A DNA stretch of 64,000 nt from assembly GCA_051294375.1 (NCBI GenBank), contig CM119268.1:9607216-9671215 (forward strand), in the 5' to 3' direction. Shown piece by piece: positions 25,901 to 48,656 of the stretch. Numbering within the stretch: position 1 is the first letter of the stretch; each line of letters begins with the position of its first letter. Source of the DNA: Paraspadella gotoi. Lineage: Eukaryota > Animalia > Chaetognatha. The translations under genes and the position numbers were made by a program. The notes beneath the pieces were generated by a model. The model searched no databases. It saw only the letters and a program-made list of their open reading frames with translations, and was not told the DNA's origin.

Positions 25901-26573
25901 GATTTATCCCATAGTCGCTCAGCAACCATCGCCGTTGGTTAAGGGACCTCTGTTCAACCTATTCCATCATTTTCTTTTGCATAACTGGAGAATGTTTTTT
26001 AAGATGCCAGTGGCGTTTCAGTTTAAAATGGTACGGACGGAAAATGAGGAGAACGAGGCTCCGAGGGAGGAAGTTCAGTACCAAGAACACTTTGTCAAAA
26101 TTCTTCAGGCATTCGGACAATCTTTCTTGCAGCCCGACATAAACATTTTTCGTCAAAACGTGGCCGCTCTCGAGAACCTCAACAGCAAGTGGAAGCTTTA
26201 TTCTAAACAGATTTTTCGCGAAATGATGTCTCAACAATTTCTCCAAGTGCTCATTGGAGTTCTCATTCTTCGATCGCACGATCTTTTGCAAGAAGAGATT
26301 CACCTCATTGTATTCAACATGGCGTCTGTAGACTTTCCCAAATTTTTTTCGCGTTTTTTACCGGCAATGTTGATGCAGACAGAAAATCTGGACCATAATC
26401 AAAAAACGACGCTGGCAACGCACTTTAAGCGCCAAGAAGAAGATCTGCCGACTTTTGTTCAGAATTTAACGCGATTCGTTAATGATCTGCGTTATTATCA
26501 ACTCTGCAATTCTCGGCTCCCAGCCGGAAGCGTCTCCCTTAACGAAACTGGCGATATTTCTAGCCGTTCATGA
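22983..26573 (+). CDS. XPO6: Exportin-6 (single coding exon, 1196 aa)
   Basis: SLRALE..LAEFF..T.N.RKREIE.LLN.F N-terminus, GRLDWPHFYPDF, NECRKLHCSLRDLSSLLQ, FGQSFLQPDINIF, LVNDLRYY-like C-terminus. Confidence 0.96.
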   Translation: MTSTGSSQDAEGSLRALETILAEFFAAPTTNHRKREIEALLNDFASQTDSWRHALYFLAKSNNDYVLMYAMTVVENTINKSWPGLRSDVKTHIRDTLTSMLLERHDHAQYFVRNKLSKLIVDIGRLDWPHFYPDFMDNIFLLIQSPSTTLLGMILLQTASEELVTPRSEEIAASRKEELKKLLLAQAPTALTLVAGVLDGSLEKALQRQTSTPPPSPTNGHAGESATPFVTPHASGRNTPTFGNAFSSPPPPSSLLTSIFQSPAGKHKVEWHAPPLDSDMRSVCAQALVCLTQLFSWMPLSNVTPSILSTIFQFVAYGLDPTPTVPIISSSTKPSSAAPSYPTIATLAMCCVNELLAKNCVPREFESYLLLTFQQTFYLLQRFTKEGTQYEDANHSASKSLENIDEAFLEKCTEFLRLFVGVHLRRFEASGEFPMLEFLSLLFKFTFKQPTPEGFYACLEIWNVFLDYVNVKMRNKMSNDEKSAFLGRYRPALESLSAEILQKLQFKYNQSQLEELDDEVYEDGQVSDWQTFLRECVEVVSKISELLPAQVFGIVYPAFEELLNVYIGLGSFVHKKQNGERELTIVAENECRKLHCSLRDLSSLLQTMGRLADHFVGENFQAMIEDGKTLVHKIVSAAIYGSEIKLYKVTTVIQSVLVPDFVEVHAQSLAAVQAFCPWLAQFQLMSKQSESPSDGDAFFQAIKSGIELSVPLFEKDTPPRISLASAHLLRSVTATVRPHSLVSVPAFQSLFTQLESGSFSHLQRTTYLVIFQALSNHLLLPYAGVAPDGEQNWSVRSTQHALLLKNLTYAFTSACSRCALGLDEARNTLVHQHKDVILSTLELLKELVHSVENEGMRSKQICCQSIRDATQAAISIFPVIIQHHELSDATLGFFLVVVEGLHAQIGVPLVEQMLRTFLVLFTREQLSAAIANENALGCAAIEKFLQILRIVIQQPGATFKSLMPNILNLSVDEIYPIVAQQPSPLVKGPLFNLFHHFLLHNWRMFFKMPVAFQFKMVRTENEENEAPREEVQYQEHFVKILQAFGQSFLQPDINIFRQNVAALENLNSKWKLYSKQIFREMMSQQFLQVLIGVLILRSHDLLQEEIHLIVFNMASVDFPKFFSRFLPAMLMQTENLDHNQKTTLATHFKRQEEDLPTFVQNLTRFVNDLRYYQLCNSRLPAGSVSLNETGDISSRS

Positions 26574-28308
26574 TTCCAAAGAAACATCATGAACTATGTA
26601 GACATAAAGCGTACGCATTAAATTTTTTAAAAATCCACTTCATTTTCTCAAATTTTTAACTTAAAAAAAAAAAGCTTTTAATTTGGATGATAATTGTGGT
26701 AGTTTGCCGAGTGCTGAGATGTTTGCTTTTTCCATAAACTTACAGGCTTGATCTTAGCGAAGTTCTAGTCCAATACTTTTGACCCTAATTAACTGGTCAG
26801 GCCAATTAACTTTAATCGAATATTTGTTAATTGGACTTTCAAAATTTTATATAAACGTTTGATTATTTTAAAGACATTGATTTCCTCATGCCAATGGTTC
26901 CTTTGGTTATTGCCATTTTTTGGTGCCTTGAACTATAAAGGATTTGTCGCATATTTTTATGACTGATCTTTGGATACAACTTGAATTAAGTAGATATTTT
27001 TTTTTGCAATTTAAAATATTAATTTTTTAATTTTTGTTTGTGGAGTTTATTGACCCTGAGTGTGGGAGTGTGGGAAGGACCTGTTTCTTTTCTTTTTTAA
27101 ATTAAATCTTTTAATTTAAAGATAAGCTGGTGTGGGATAATTAAAAAAACTACGTTTAGACCTGTTTATATTTTTTCGTTCTTTTCATCTTAAAGTTGGC
27201 ATCTGATTAAATTCGAAAACGTCCAATGCCGTTGAAAACATTGTTGAATTTCGAAGGACAACTGCGGAGTTCGAAAAATCCGTTACGATGATAAGAAGCC
27301 GGCCGTTTTTTGGGAAACGAGCCGTCCCTCCCTAGTCTCTCTCTCTCTTTCTCTCTCTCGCCTGTTTACTTTCACCAGGCTAAAAAAGGAACCGAAAACC
27401 TTTTTCGATTATCTATTATGTATTTTTTATTTCTAACATCCAGTAATTCCCAACCGCGAAGTTGGGTAATTTTTCCCCTTCGTCTTTCTTTAAACGAGAG
27501 ATATTTTCGATCCGCTCGATTGTTTTTTAAAGGTGTCCTTTTCCCGAATTGCTCTACGTTGAACAGTTATGTTTCAGACTTTCGAACGTTTCTTTCCGTG
27601 ACCCACGTCACGTGAGACCGCCCGCCCAAAGTAATTAGTGTGGGAACAAAGAGCGGTTGTTATCTATTTATTGATCTAACAGCAGGCGAATCGTCAACTT
27701 GGAAACTACGACGTCTCGATGCGCTCATTGAAAGTCTTCGGGAGAGAACCGGGGGGAATCGTTTTCGACCCGTAAAGACCAACGCTACTCGACGAGCGCC
27801 TTCCACGAATCCCGTTATTTTCGACTTTGGAATCCAAAATATTCAGTGTTTATATTTTCATTTTCGAACTCTAAAGAATTATTTCTTAACCGAGGAGCGC
27901 AATTGGGCAAAAAAAAAACTGCCGTCAAAATAATTTCGCCACTTCGACCCGATCCAGCTGAAAGTGATCTTTTTTCGGGCGATCTCTGGTTTCGAGTCGA
28001 GCGCGCTGTCTTCCGTTTCGAAACCAAGCCTTATTCGTGTATAATTCGTGCATAAGAAAGCGAGAGCGAGGAAGGAACAAACTTGAAGCTTCGGCCAACA
28101 ATCGAGAGAACCAAAAATAAAATCAACTAAAAAAAAAAAAAAGAAACGGAACGACTCATTACCAAGGAATTTTTTTGGAAAAAGAAAAAAACGGTTATGC
28201 GGCGGGCAAAAGAGCGAAAATAAAGGCCTTGCGACCAATGGTTTGATTTGGTTATTTGTAACTTGAAAACATGAACGACTTGATGAACGTCACGACTCTT
28301 TGAACACC

Positions 28309-38289
<9,981 letters not shown>

Positions 38290-39573
38290 TTAAATTGGAT
38301 CTAGTCTCAAGAATCGTGTAATCGTTAAATTGCAACGTCTGGGAGGAATTTCGACATTGCTCTATGGGAAAGCGCGTTCGTTCAATTGAAGAGAGAGAAA
38401 AATAGAGAAAAAAGCTTTAAACAAAGCTACAGTTTTCTTGAAAGGGATTTTTTCGTGGATTTCACAATCAGGAGCCAATACAGAATACTATTCCTATCGC
38501 TTCCGACTTTGGTCCCTGCATGGTATTGGTAGAAAAAATTTAAGTTTCTAAGCCATCTTTAGGTGAGCGAGAAAAATTATAGTTGTATTCGTCTTTTTAT
38601 TGAGAAGAATTGATCGAAGTTTATCATTTAAAATCAACTTATAAAAAACTATTGAAATCCGATTTTCATATTTTTTGCGTCAAAAGTCTTTCTCCAGCTT
38701 GCTATGATTCAGTTCTTTAATTAATGAGTAAATTTAGTGGAAAAAATTTTAACACTATAACACAGAGCTGCCTTATTCGTATTTTTAATAAACTAAATGC
38801 TATACGCTAATGATTTGTTAATACCTCTTGTTTAAGAATTTTTTGTCCTTTACAAGTTCATACTCTAAAACACATAAGTTATAGATCAGTTAGGATCTAA
38901 AACAACCAGGAAAAAATTAGTAGACATATTGTTTCATTTATGCTCGCCTTTTTAAATCAAACACTTACTTTTATATTTAAATTATCAAGTGCGGGAATAA
39001 AAAATAAGAATATTACGAAATAGTTTGATTCAACAAAACTTGAAATTTGAACTTTTTTCTTTTTAGGTGGAATGACAATTTTAATTCAATCGAGCTTGAA
39101 TAATAAAATTGAACTGTCGAAAAATCAGCGGTTTATTCCTGTACTTCGAGCTTTTTTTATTTTTATGCATACTTCATTCTGTTTTGTTTTTTATATCGTT
39201 GGTAGTCCCTTTGTTAGCCGGTGAATAATGTTTATTTTTATTTTTTTCAACATAATTTTGTTATTTACAAATAAATTGCCTAAAATTGCTCTAACGCCGT
39301 TTATCGCGAATCAAGTTAGACTGAGATAACTAGTGATTTTGTAAAAGGATTTTATAGCTAATTAATCATTTCTGGTTCAATTTTTTAAAAAATTATTTCA
39401 TTCAATACGTAAAAAAATTTAGACAAAGCTCATAAAAAACTTGTTCATGGCCCGAGTTAGTTACAGCCGTTCTATTACCTTAACCTTTAGATTAGCAATG
39501 CTTCATTGAACCAAGCTGTCGGCGAGGTGGCGCGTAGCGATGCTATCGGTTTTACTTCGGAGTTGCGTAACTA

Positions 39574-41713
39574 ATGGCTGCCATGTACGACAAGAATCAC
39601 TCTTGGTTCCTAAAGCTGTTAACTCATTATAGTCCGTCACACGTCATACATTGCTTAGCCCTTGTCCTGTTCATCTTATTCTTGGAGATTGTGGTTGGTC
39701 CAGGTCGGTAGGTTTATTATTTATAACCTAGAGTCAAATTGTCAAGTTATACCTAAACGTAATCGTTGATAAGGCGTCCTCCCGCTCGAGGGTAGCTTTA
39801 ACGTGGACTACAATGAACACGAGCCAGCATGGGACAAGTACGGACCTAAAGTTGGTGGCTTGTTTATCTTGTTACGAGCTTCGAGGTAAAGCTATAAATA
39901 TAATGAATAATTATAATTTATAGTTGAGATCATTTACGCGCATTAAATTTTTTTTCCCAGCTTGATCTCTATTCCTGCGATGATTTTTCATTTCATTGGT
40001 CTCACGCTTTACGAGTCTTTTCGATTCGACATTCGATTGAAGATATCGCCTCTCATTGCTCCATTTATATGCATCAGAGTACGCCAAATTACTTCCGCTA
40101 AATACTTCTCCCAGCCCCTCCAACATTGTTTATCCAATTTTCAGATTGTCACCAAAGGAGACTATCCCCAACTCGTTCGCGAAAACGTCGAGTACAATTT
40201 GAGCATTTGCTTAAATTCGGGACTGAGAAATTTCATTATAGAAGTCGTCACCGATAAAACAATCCACCTCGCAGGTTCGATGGTGCATCATCTCCTCCCT
40301 TTTCATTTAATATCGAAATTTATCTCCCACCAGCGCAACCGCACATCCGCGAGATCGTCGTTCCTTTCGCGTACGAAACAACGACTCGAGCCAAGTACAA
40401 AGCCCGCGCCCTCCAGTATTGTCTCGAGCCCGAGGTGAACCTACTTTCTGGCGACGACTGGATCGTGCATCTCGACGAGGAGTCGCTCTTGACGGAAGGG
40501 AGCGTCCGCGGGATCCTTAACTTCGTGTGCGAAGACAAGGCCGCCATCGGCCAGGTCCGTAGGGAGGCATGAAATTGATACAAACAATATCAAAATTCAT
40601 TCGTGAAATTAACAAGATATAATGCCCCTGACTTTGGACCGATTGGTGGATGAAGGCCTCCATTCGAGGTCTTAAAAGATTAAAACATAGCCCCTGACTC
40701 GTTAGAGAGTTGCCTTTGAAATGCCGCGCTTTCAGGGCATGATCACCTACGCCTCGGGGAAAATCGTCAATTGGTGGACGACTGTCGCCGACTCCTTCCG
40801 CGTCGCCGCCGATTTGGGAGCAGTCAGGGCCGCCCACCGAATCTTCGCCCGCGCTCTTTTTATTTTTAAAGGTTCTCCACCGAATCTCATTACGTACGAT
40901 TTGTATAGAGGTATAATCGAAGTTATTGGACGCAGGTTCCTTCGTGGTGACCCGATATTCGGTCGAGAGTCTCGTCACCTTCGACAACGGAGCCGAAGGC
41001 TCCATCGCCGAGGACACCTTCTTCGCCATGAAGGCCGTCGGGATGGGCTTTTCTTTCGGTTGGGTCGAGGGCGAGGTGCAAGAGATGTCGCCATTTACCT
41101 TCTACGACTTCTTTATGCAGCGGAAGCGGTGGTTGCAGGGACTCTATCACGTCGTCCATTCAACAAAGATCCCCTTAAAGGCCAGGGTTTGCCTCGGTGA
41201 GCGTTTAAAATAATGAACTCTGAAGACTAATTTATATGAAGATTGAAGATTTGTCTTGTAAGTTGTAGTGGCAACGCGCGATCTCCTTAATGTCTTGACA
41301 GGGTTTTCCTTCTACACGTGGTTTTTTCTCCCGTTGACGCTTCTCAACGGCGCCGTGAGTCTCTTCTTTCGCGTGACCCTAGGGCCTTTCCTCGATTATT
41401 TGTTGTGCTTCAGCATGGGAGTCGGTAAGACGATTTGGAGTGAAGTCAAAAGCGACTGATGACAAAATCGATCTATAATTACATTTCGCTGTCAGGACTA
41501 TACATGTACGTTTTTGGCGCCATTCGTTCCTTCAATTTGAGCCGCATGAGCGTGATAAACCGCGCCCTTTGCGTCGCCGGTGCTATCGTTGTCATACCAG
41601 TCACAACGGTCGTGGAGGCCTTCATCGCTGTCTTCGGTCTCTTCGGAGACAAGTTATCCTTTTACGTCGTCACCAAGGAAATACATCCTCGCAGAGACGA
41701 TTTTACAATTTGA
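39574..41713 (+). CDS. egh: Beta-1,4-mannosyltransferase egghead/bre-3 (GT2)
   Basis: APFICIRIVTKGDYPQLV, IEVVTDK, KARALQYCLE, WIVHLDEES, SIAEDTFF, EMSPFT..DF.MQRKRWLQG, C-terminal FYVVTKE. Confidence 0.95.
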
Positions 41714-41908
41714 AAAAAAAAACCGTTTGTATTTTATTGCTTCCTTCTTTTAATTGTCGCTTCAGTTTACAACAGTTTTTATCCTGGATTTTAGTTTAAT
41801 TTACTATTCTTTTAGGTGTTTTGTTCGACTTAAATCAGAAATAATAATCATTTATTTCAAGTATACATTACGCACACTATGTACAAAAAAGTCTTTTTCA
41901 GCGATTGG

Positions 41909-43774
41909 CTACTCTTCGTCGGAGGACCATAATTCGTCCTGTTCCCATTGATTGGAATTTCGTTGCTCGCTTCCAATTATTTTCAAAAGAAGCTTGCTGA
42001 AAGTAATTTTTTTAAAGACGTTGGTCACCTTGTTTTATGGATTTATACTTCGGTTAATTTGTTATTAGGCGAATTTACCGATAATCTCCGGAAGTATCAT
42101 CCTCGATCCAGCTGGTCAATGTTTCTCCATATTTTTTGAGGAACTCGTTTTTAATTTTTTGAAGATCAATCTGATTTAAGATCGTACTCCAAAATATTTT
42201 TTCATGAATTAGAGGATCGCTTCTGCAGAATCTGCTATACTAACCTCAGATCGGGAAACAATAATCCTGATTAGCGTTTCATTGTCTGTGCCGAGGCCTT
42301 TCATAGACGCATGAAGTTCTTGAGCAAAGTATGTGGCTGGATTTATAATCACCTTCACCATTGCAATCATTCCTAAGGAATTTCAAGGTCGTCGTTAAAT
42401 GGGCGTCGTTTAAACATTCATAAAATGGTAAGTTTTTCAAAACGCTATTTTTCTATTTCGACATTACTCTGAACTAGTACTATTATACCATCTCTGAGAT
42501 TTCCACTCATCTCGCTTTTGATGGATTTTATTATAGACTGTCCTGTCAGTTTCTTGTACTCAACAAAAACTCGTCGAAGATGAGCGTGACTATGCGTGCA
42601 AAGAATTCTGAAATGTTTAAAAAAAATAATTGATTTTACATCGGGTTCATTAAGGGCATAATTGTTGCCCTAACTACCGATTAAACGTAGATTCGTCCGT
42701 CCCTACGTGTGCTATGCCAGCTTCTCGTAGTTCCGCTGCTTCAGCTTTGGCCAAAGTCTTGTCAACCGTTTCGTCTTCGTCTCTCATTCCGTTAGAAAGA
42801 CTAAACATTAGTCTCTTGAAATGGTTCGATGTTTCACTCTGATCGATGAAGACAAAAGATTTTGAATATTTATTACCAGTTCATTATTATTGTATTTCAA
42901 TCATATTTGAAAATATGGTTTTATTGATGAAATCATGAACGAAGTAAGTTTGCTTTCTTTCCGACATTTGACAAAAGTTTATGTCCAACACCGTACCTGG
43001 AGATCGTCTTGCAAGTTTCGTCGAATTTCAAAGGTGTAATCTTCCTTGATTGCCGCCATTTCTTTATTGTTTTTAGTTGTCAGGATTTGTATCAAGCATT
43101 TCTCATTCGTACCTTTAAAGGAGCGCGAATTTTATTTAAAACTTTTCATTTAATTTTTTTTTATTTTTTTGCTGAAGACCCACCGATTCCTTTCATCGCA
43201 TTTCGAAGCTCGTTTGCATCAAAGAGAGAATTTTGCAAGATCAGCGCCTTCACTAATTTTCGGAAATTTCCAGAGAGTTCAGATTTCAGGTCATCCAGCA
43301 ACACTTTACCAAACATCTGAAAAATACAAAGTTTTGTTGATTGTTGCACTTTTTTGTGCAACTTGTTGAATCGAGACTTTCCTTACAAAACTACACCTGC
43401 GCAAAGTGAAATCGCAACTGTTGTCTTTGTTCATTATTGCAAAAACCGATAACTTCAGTGATTGTGTTGGTGTCAGTTCCTGTATGGGAATAAAAACCGT
43501 GAGACAGAATAAACAATACATAATGAACCGAATTGGCCATGACGAATCTCAGTATTTGTGAAAATTTCGCCGAATATACCAACGCGGTGATTCGTCTTCT
43601 TTACTGTCGTACTACCATGGTAAAAAAATTTGATAATTTTCTCGTTATAATTTTTATTAAAATATTAGAAGCGCATCTTTCTCAGTTCTACTTACCTAAA
43701 CCTTTCATCGCTGTTCTAAGTTTTGTGCACTCTTCTTCTGGATCGAAGTTACTCTTGGCCTTCACGGTTGCCAT
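41909..43774 (-). CDS. Annexin with a short N-terminus, four repeats and an extra acidic C-terminal tail
   Basis: MKGLGTD, LKSELSGNF, MKGIGTNE, GTDESTF, MKGLGTDNETLIRIIVSRSEIDL, DDTSGDYRKLLL; acidic cap residue present in each repeat. Confidence 0.95.
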
Positions 43775-45036
43775 AGTTTTGCAGTTTATTTATCGGGATG
43801 ATTTTTGAGAATTAAGAAGATCGTTCTAACTTGCAGGCCTTAAACAAAGTTTGTCCAACGCACGACTGAGTCTGAAAGTCAATATTCGTATTGTTCGAAC
43901 ACGCTCTCGCCCATCTATTTTTCTTTCCTGCACTTTCAGTCGGACTTTTTTTTGTTTCTCCGCGATGCAAACCGCTTTATCAACGTGCCCGAGTTAGACT
44001 CTTGAGGTCGACCTCGACGCTTTTAAAAATTATAACAATGTATTTTTGAAGTGCAAAGGACGTCAAATCGAAATTGGATGGGCGTAGTTCTGATATGGAG
44101 GTCTATATATGAGCCAAGTTTTTAGAAAGAAAAACTACTCTTGAATTTTTAAAAAAAGATCGAGTCGAGCTATGGATTCGATAATTTTTCCGTTTCTGGC
44201 CCCCACTACGATCTCTCTTCCCATCCCATTAAATTCAGTTTCACCCATCGATAACCTTTTTTTTTTCACGAAAAAGTTATTTTTTCCGTGATCGTTGAAA
44301 ACAATGGTTGTAATGTAAAAAATCTTTCTGGTGCACTGTTTTTTCGGGGTCTGTTTTCAAGCTTAATATTGGTGCTTTTTATGTCAGATTTTGAGGACGA
44401 CTCGATTTAAAGGATTAAATTTGAACCTTATGATGTAAAATAACAAAACATAAAATAATAGTGTAATGTAAATTTCCTTCAAATACACTTTTCAATGGTA
44501 AGTTTCATTTATTAACACTGTTGGCGGAATCTGTTCTCATATCTTTACAGTCAGCAACTACTGATTTTTATTTCTCTTCCAATTACCAAAGTTTGCTTTT
44601 TCCTTCAATTTTATTTTCTTTGTCAGTTTTCTAAAATTGATAGTCACTTGATAGAAACTTCCAAAGCCTTTTGTTTACGATTGTGAGTCGAGTTGTTCGT
44701 CCGGTGGTTGAACCGAGAATGAGACCGAGCTCCCTCTCTTTAAACAAGATCCGGTGGCGTGATTTGATGACGTAGCCTTTCAACGCGTTTCTTCTCTCAC
44801 GATTTTAGTTAATACGTACTTATTTTAATAGAAAATTGTCACTTTTTTGGAAACATTTAATGATAATGATATTTTAATTTTGATCGATCGTCTAAAGAAA
44901 ATTTTAATCGTCCCCGATCGGTTACTTTTAAACAACACATCTGTGCTTATCGCGGTACAGCCCGGCATTTTTTCTCCTTCGTCTTATACTGAAAGGACGT
45001 AATTGATTGTATTCGCTATCTTCACAGCCATATCCA

Positions 45037-45950
45037 ATGGAAACGAAAGAAGCCACGCTTGTTAACCTTTCACCGCCAAATCCGACGGGCGAGCCCCTTT
45101 CTGGGATCTCTTGCCCATCCGAGGAAGCTTTAAAACGAGGCCCAGATTTAGAGATCGAGTGGACGCCCGAACAGGGAAATATGATGGGCGTCAGGAAATA
45201 GAGAGGGGACAATCTCAAATTTCTCTCCGAAATGTTTTTAAAAAGAAGCCCTTGAGAATAATGTATTTTCAGATTGTCTCCTCCTCTTCTGACGTCCCCG
45301 TTTCTGCTGAATACCCGCGTATCCAGGAGATAATTCTGTTCCAATCGATGATCGGCCACAAACCCGTCGGCTTCGATCGTCACCTGCGGATGATGATGAT
45401 ATTTCGCCGGTTCCAGAACCGCTGGCAAGGCCAACGCCCGGCCCCTTCCGAGCTGACCACGGAGGCTCTTTGGGCTAAATTGGGCTCGATGTTCGCGATG
45501 GACTCGTTGAACGCCAAAAACCGAGCCCCGGAGCAAATGGTTAGTCTGACGGACTTCGCGCTGCCGACGGAATCCTTTGGGAGTCTAATGGACGAGCGTC
45601 TCTTGTCAAAGATGAAGCTGACCGACGAGCGAAGGTCGATTTCCGCCGGGAGAAGGCGTATGGGGGGCGTGGGGCGACATTGAAGGGATGTTGGACGTGG
45701 CAGAACGTTTCTATTCGAGAGCGCCCTTGGGTGATTGGAAATCGATCTTCGCTCTCTCTGGTCCTCTCCAAGCTGCCTGGATACGGTTTCCAGTTTGTCC
45801 CCGGAACCAAGGATCGTTTTGTCTCGCCTACCAGAGAACTCCTCGTCCGGCGCGCGCAATTCCAAGTCTAACGGCGCCTCTCAGAGACGTAGGAGCGCCA
45901 TTCCCGCCCGGAAGCAAAAGTTGAAGGAGGATAGAGTCCGTCTTGTTTAA
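45037..45950 (+). CDS. MRGBP: MRG/MORF4L-binding protein (Eaf7/CT20 family); exons 45037-45174, 45327-45634, 45773-45950
   Basis: IEWTPEQ|EIILFQSMIGHKPVGFDRHLRM...LWAKLGSMFAMDSL...DFALP matches the Eaf7 domain. The first donor is non-canonical or ambiguous. Confidence 0.85.
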
Positions 45951-46288
45951 ATGAGAAGAGCAACTTAACGTTCGCCGAGGCCACCATCGAAAAATATTTT
46001 TGATCTTTTATCTCCGTTACGGTTGATATATGTATATGTAACGACGTTACATACGTTTTAATTCAAATTTCCAGTTTTAATAGTTAGGACATCGTTTATA
46101 TTTTTGTCCATTTTTTTCTTTTCAGGCCGATAATGCATGTTTGAATTCAAAAGGAGGACGAAAAACCCCTGATAGGCCAAAGCAAATTTCATCGCGAAAT
46201 CAAAAGGACTCGCGCGTCGATCGGTCAACAAAGAACTCCGTCGCTCATCTCTCCTTTCCCTTATCGCGCTTTCGCTCCACTTTCGACG

Positions 46289-48656
46289 ATGGTGCTCCTA
46301 GCGGCGGCCGTGATCACTAAGAGCGGCAAGTCTCTTGTGTCGCGTCAGTTCGTGGAGATGACGCGCCCGCGAGTCGAGGGTCTCCTCGCGTCCTTTCCCA
46401 AGCTCATCAACGCCGGGAAGCAGCACACCTTTGTCGAGACAGAGAGTGTTCGCTACGTCTACCAGCCTCTCGAGAATCTCTACATGCTGCTCATCACCAC
46501 CAAAGCTTCGAACATCTTGGAAGATTTGGAAACGCTACGTCTATTCTCCAGGTACTAAAGATGGATAATATGATGATGCCCATGATTTCATTTGCCTATT
46601 TAAACCATTCATTTCTTACAATTCATTAGAGTGATCCCGGAATACTGCAAACTCGAAGAGTCTGACATTACCGAACACGCCTTCGATCTGATTTTCGCCT
46701 TCGACGAGATTGTGGCGCTGGGATACCGCGAGAACGTAAACCTGGCTCAGATCAAGACTTATACCGAGATGGACTCTCACGAGGAGAAAGTGTTCCAGGC
46801 GGTCAGACAGACGCAGGAACGCGAGGCTAAGGAATCCGCCAAGCGCAAGGCCAAGGAATTGGAGCAGGCCAGAAGGGAAGCTGCTCGAAAGGGACAAAAG
46901 CCGCCGGGTAATGTGTTTGTTTGTTCGCTTTGCACGCTCTTTCGCTCTTGGTTATTTGAAAATGCCTCATTTTTTCGCAGGATTTGGCGGTCACGGAAGT
47001 TCGAAATCCCCGTCTGATTTTGGACAGTCATCTTCCGTTTCCTCCAACGTGAGCACGCCCGTCAGCACTCTGTCTGAACCCCCGGCACCTACGCGACCGA
47101 AGCCCTCTACCGGAAAGGCTATGAAGCTTGGGTCGCGCACCAAAGATGTTGACTCTTTTGTGGACCAACTTAAATCGGAAGGCCAGGTTGTCGTCGAAAC
47201 TAACAAAACCGGAGGTGAGATTTCTTGCATTACTAACTTTATTTAACTTATTTGTTTAAGGAAAAACAGTTTTATTATACAACGATTGTATTTGACAATG
47301 TTGTTGTATAATAAAACTGTTTTTGTCTTAAACTTCAAACGCAACGAAAAGAAAGAATCATAACAATGTCAACTTATTGTTATTGTTATTAACGTTCCGA
47401 AACATTGTCCTCCACCCTCACCCACAGCTTTGAAATCCAACACTCCCGCCCCTACCGCCCCAAGCATTCCAACAGAAGCCGTTCACCTCAGGATCGAAGA
47501 GAAAATCAGCCTCGCCGCCAGAAGGGACGGCGCTTTGCAATCCTTAGAGGTACATGGGTTGTTATTTTCTCAGTGCGAAGGTGTTGATCTTATTTTTGTC
47601 TACCGCATTTATTCAAACTTAGGTTCAAGGCATACTCACTCTCCGAATATCTGAAGAGGAAAGCGCCAAATTAAGAATTGTGGTTGACAATGAATGCGAC
47701 AAGCAAGGTTTAGTTTTGACGAGAATTGAATTTAGATTCCCTTTCCACGTTTTTAGTACAACCTCTTTATAAAATTATTTTATTCCCAGGAGTTCAAGTT
47801 CAGACTCACCCTAACATCGACAAGAAGCTTTTCCTTGCCAACTCACAAATCGGGCTAAAGAATGCCGCCAAACCGTTTCCCGTCAACAATGATGTTGGTG
47901 TGCTGAAATGGAGGCTGCAAACGACAGGTAACTATCCGCGATGCATAATACTCTCCGCGATTGCATATTACTGAAATTAGTTACCGCACTTAGATTTTAA
48001 ATAATTCAATCATTTGAAATATTTCTTTTGCCGCAAAATCGTCTAGACGAATCGATGATTCCCTTGTCCATCAACTGCTGGCCTTCGGAGAACGGGTCCG
48101 GCGGAGTCGACGTCAACATCGAATACGAGTTGGAAAAGGAAGACGCCGAGCTCAACCAAGTCCTCATACAGATTCCTCTGCCGGTCGGAAGCGGATCTCC
48201 TGTCATTCATGAATGCGAAGGTGATGGACGAAATACGGGGTTTTTTTTTAATGTCTGCCTCACTAGTTTTAATATCTTTATATTATTTATTATTTCTGTT
48301 GCGAATTAGGCGAGTATTCTCATGACAAGAAAGGTTTTCTCGATTGGCGCCTTCCTGTCATCGATGCGGCCAACAAAAGCGGAACCCTGGAATTTACCGT
48401 CAACTCTGGTTCCCCCGACGAGCTCTTTCCCGTCAAGGTATGTGTTCCTCCGTTGAAGATCCTCTCCATTTTGTTTTTTCCGTTTGATTTTTACTGTGTA
48501 ATTTTTCTAACCCAGGTTTCCTTCACTTCTCCGCGTACGTATTGTGATATTTCCATATCCGAGGTCGTTGCCATCGACGACAACGGATCTTCGACGGGGC
48601 CTCTTAAGTTCTCCAAAGAAACGTCCGTTTTCACGGAGAAATATGAAATCAGCTAA
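46289..48656 (+). CDS. ARCN1: Coatomer subunit delta (archain), 9 exons
   Basis: [76 protein letters not shown]. Confidence 0.97.
47256..47366. mobile_element. Foldback element plus conserved tail in a delta-COP intron
   Basis: Hairpin aaaaacagttttattatacaac / gttgtataataaaactgttttt followed by caacgaaaagaaag. Confidence 0.6.

Noticed and set aside
45656-45772. GC-AG second intron in MRGBP
   Set aside because: A canonical in-phase GT donor at 45635 explains the join.
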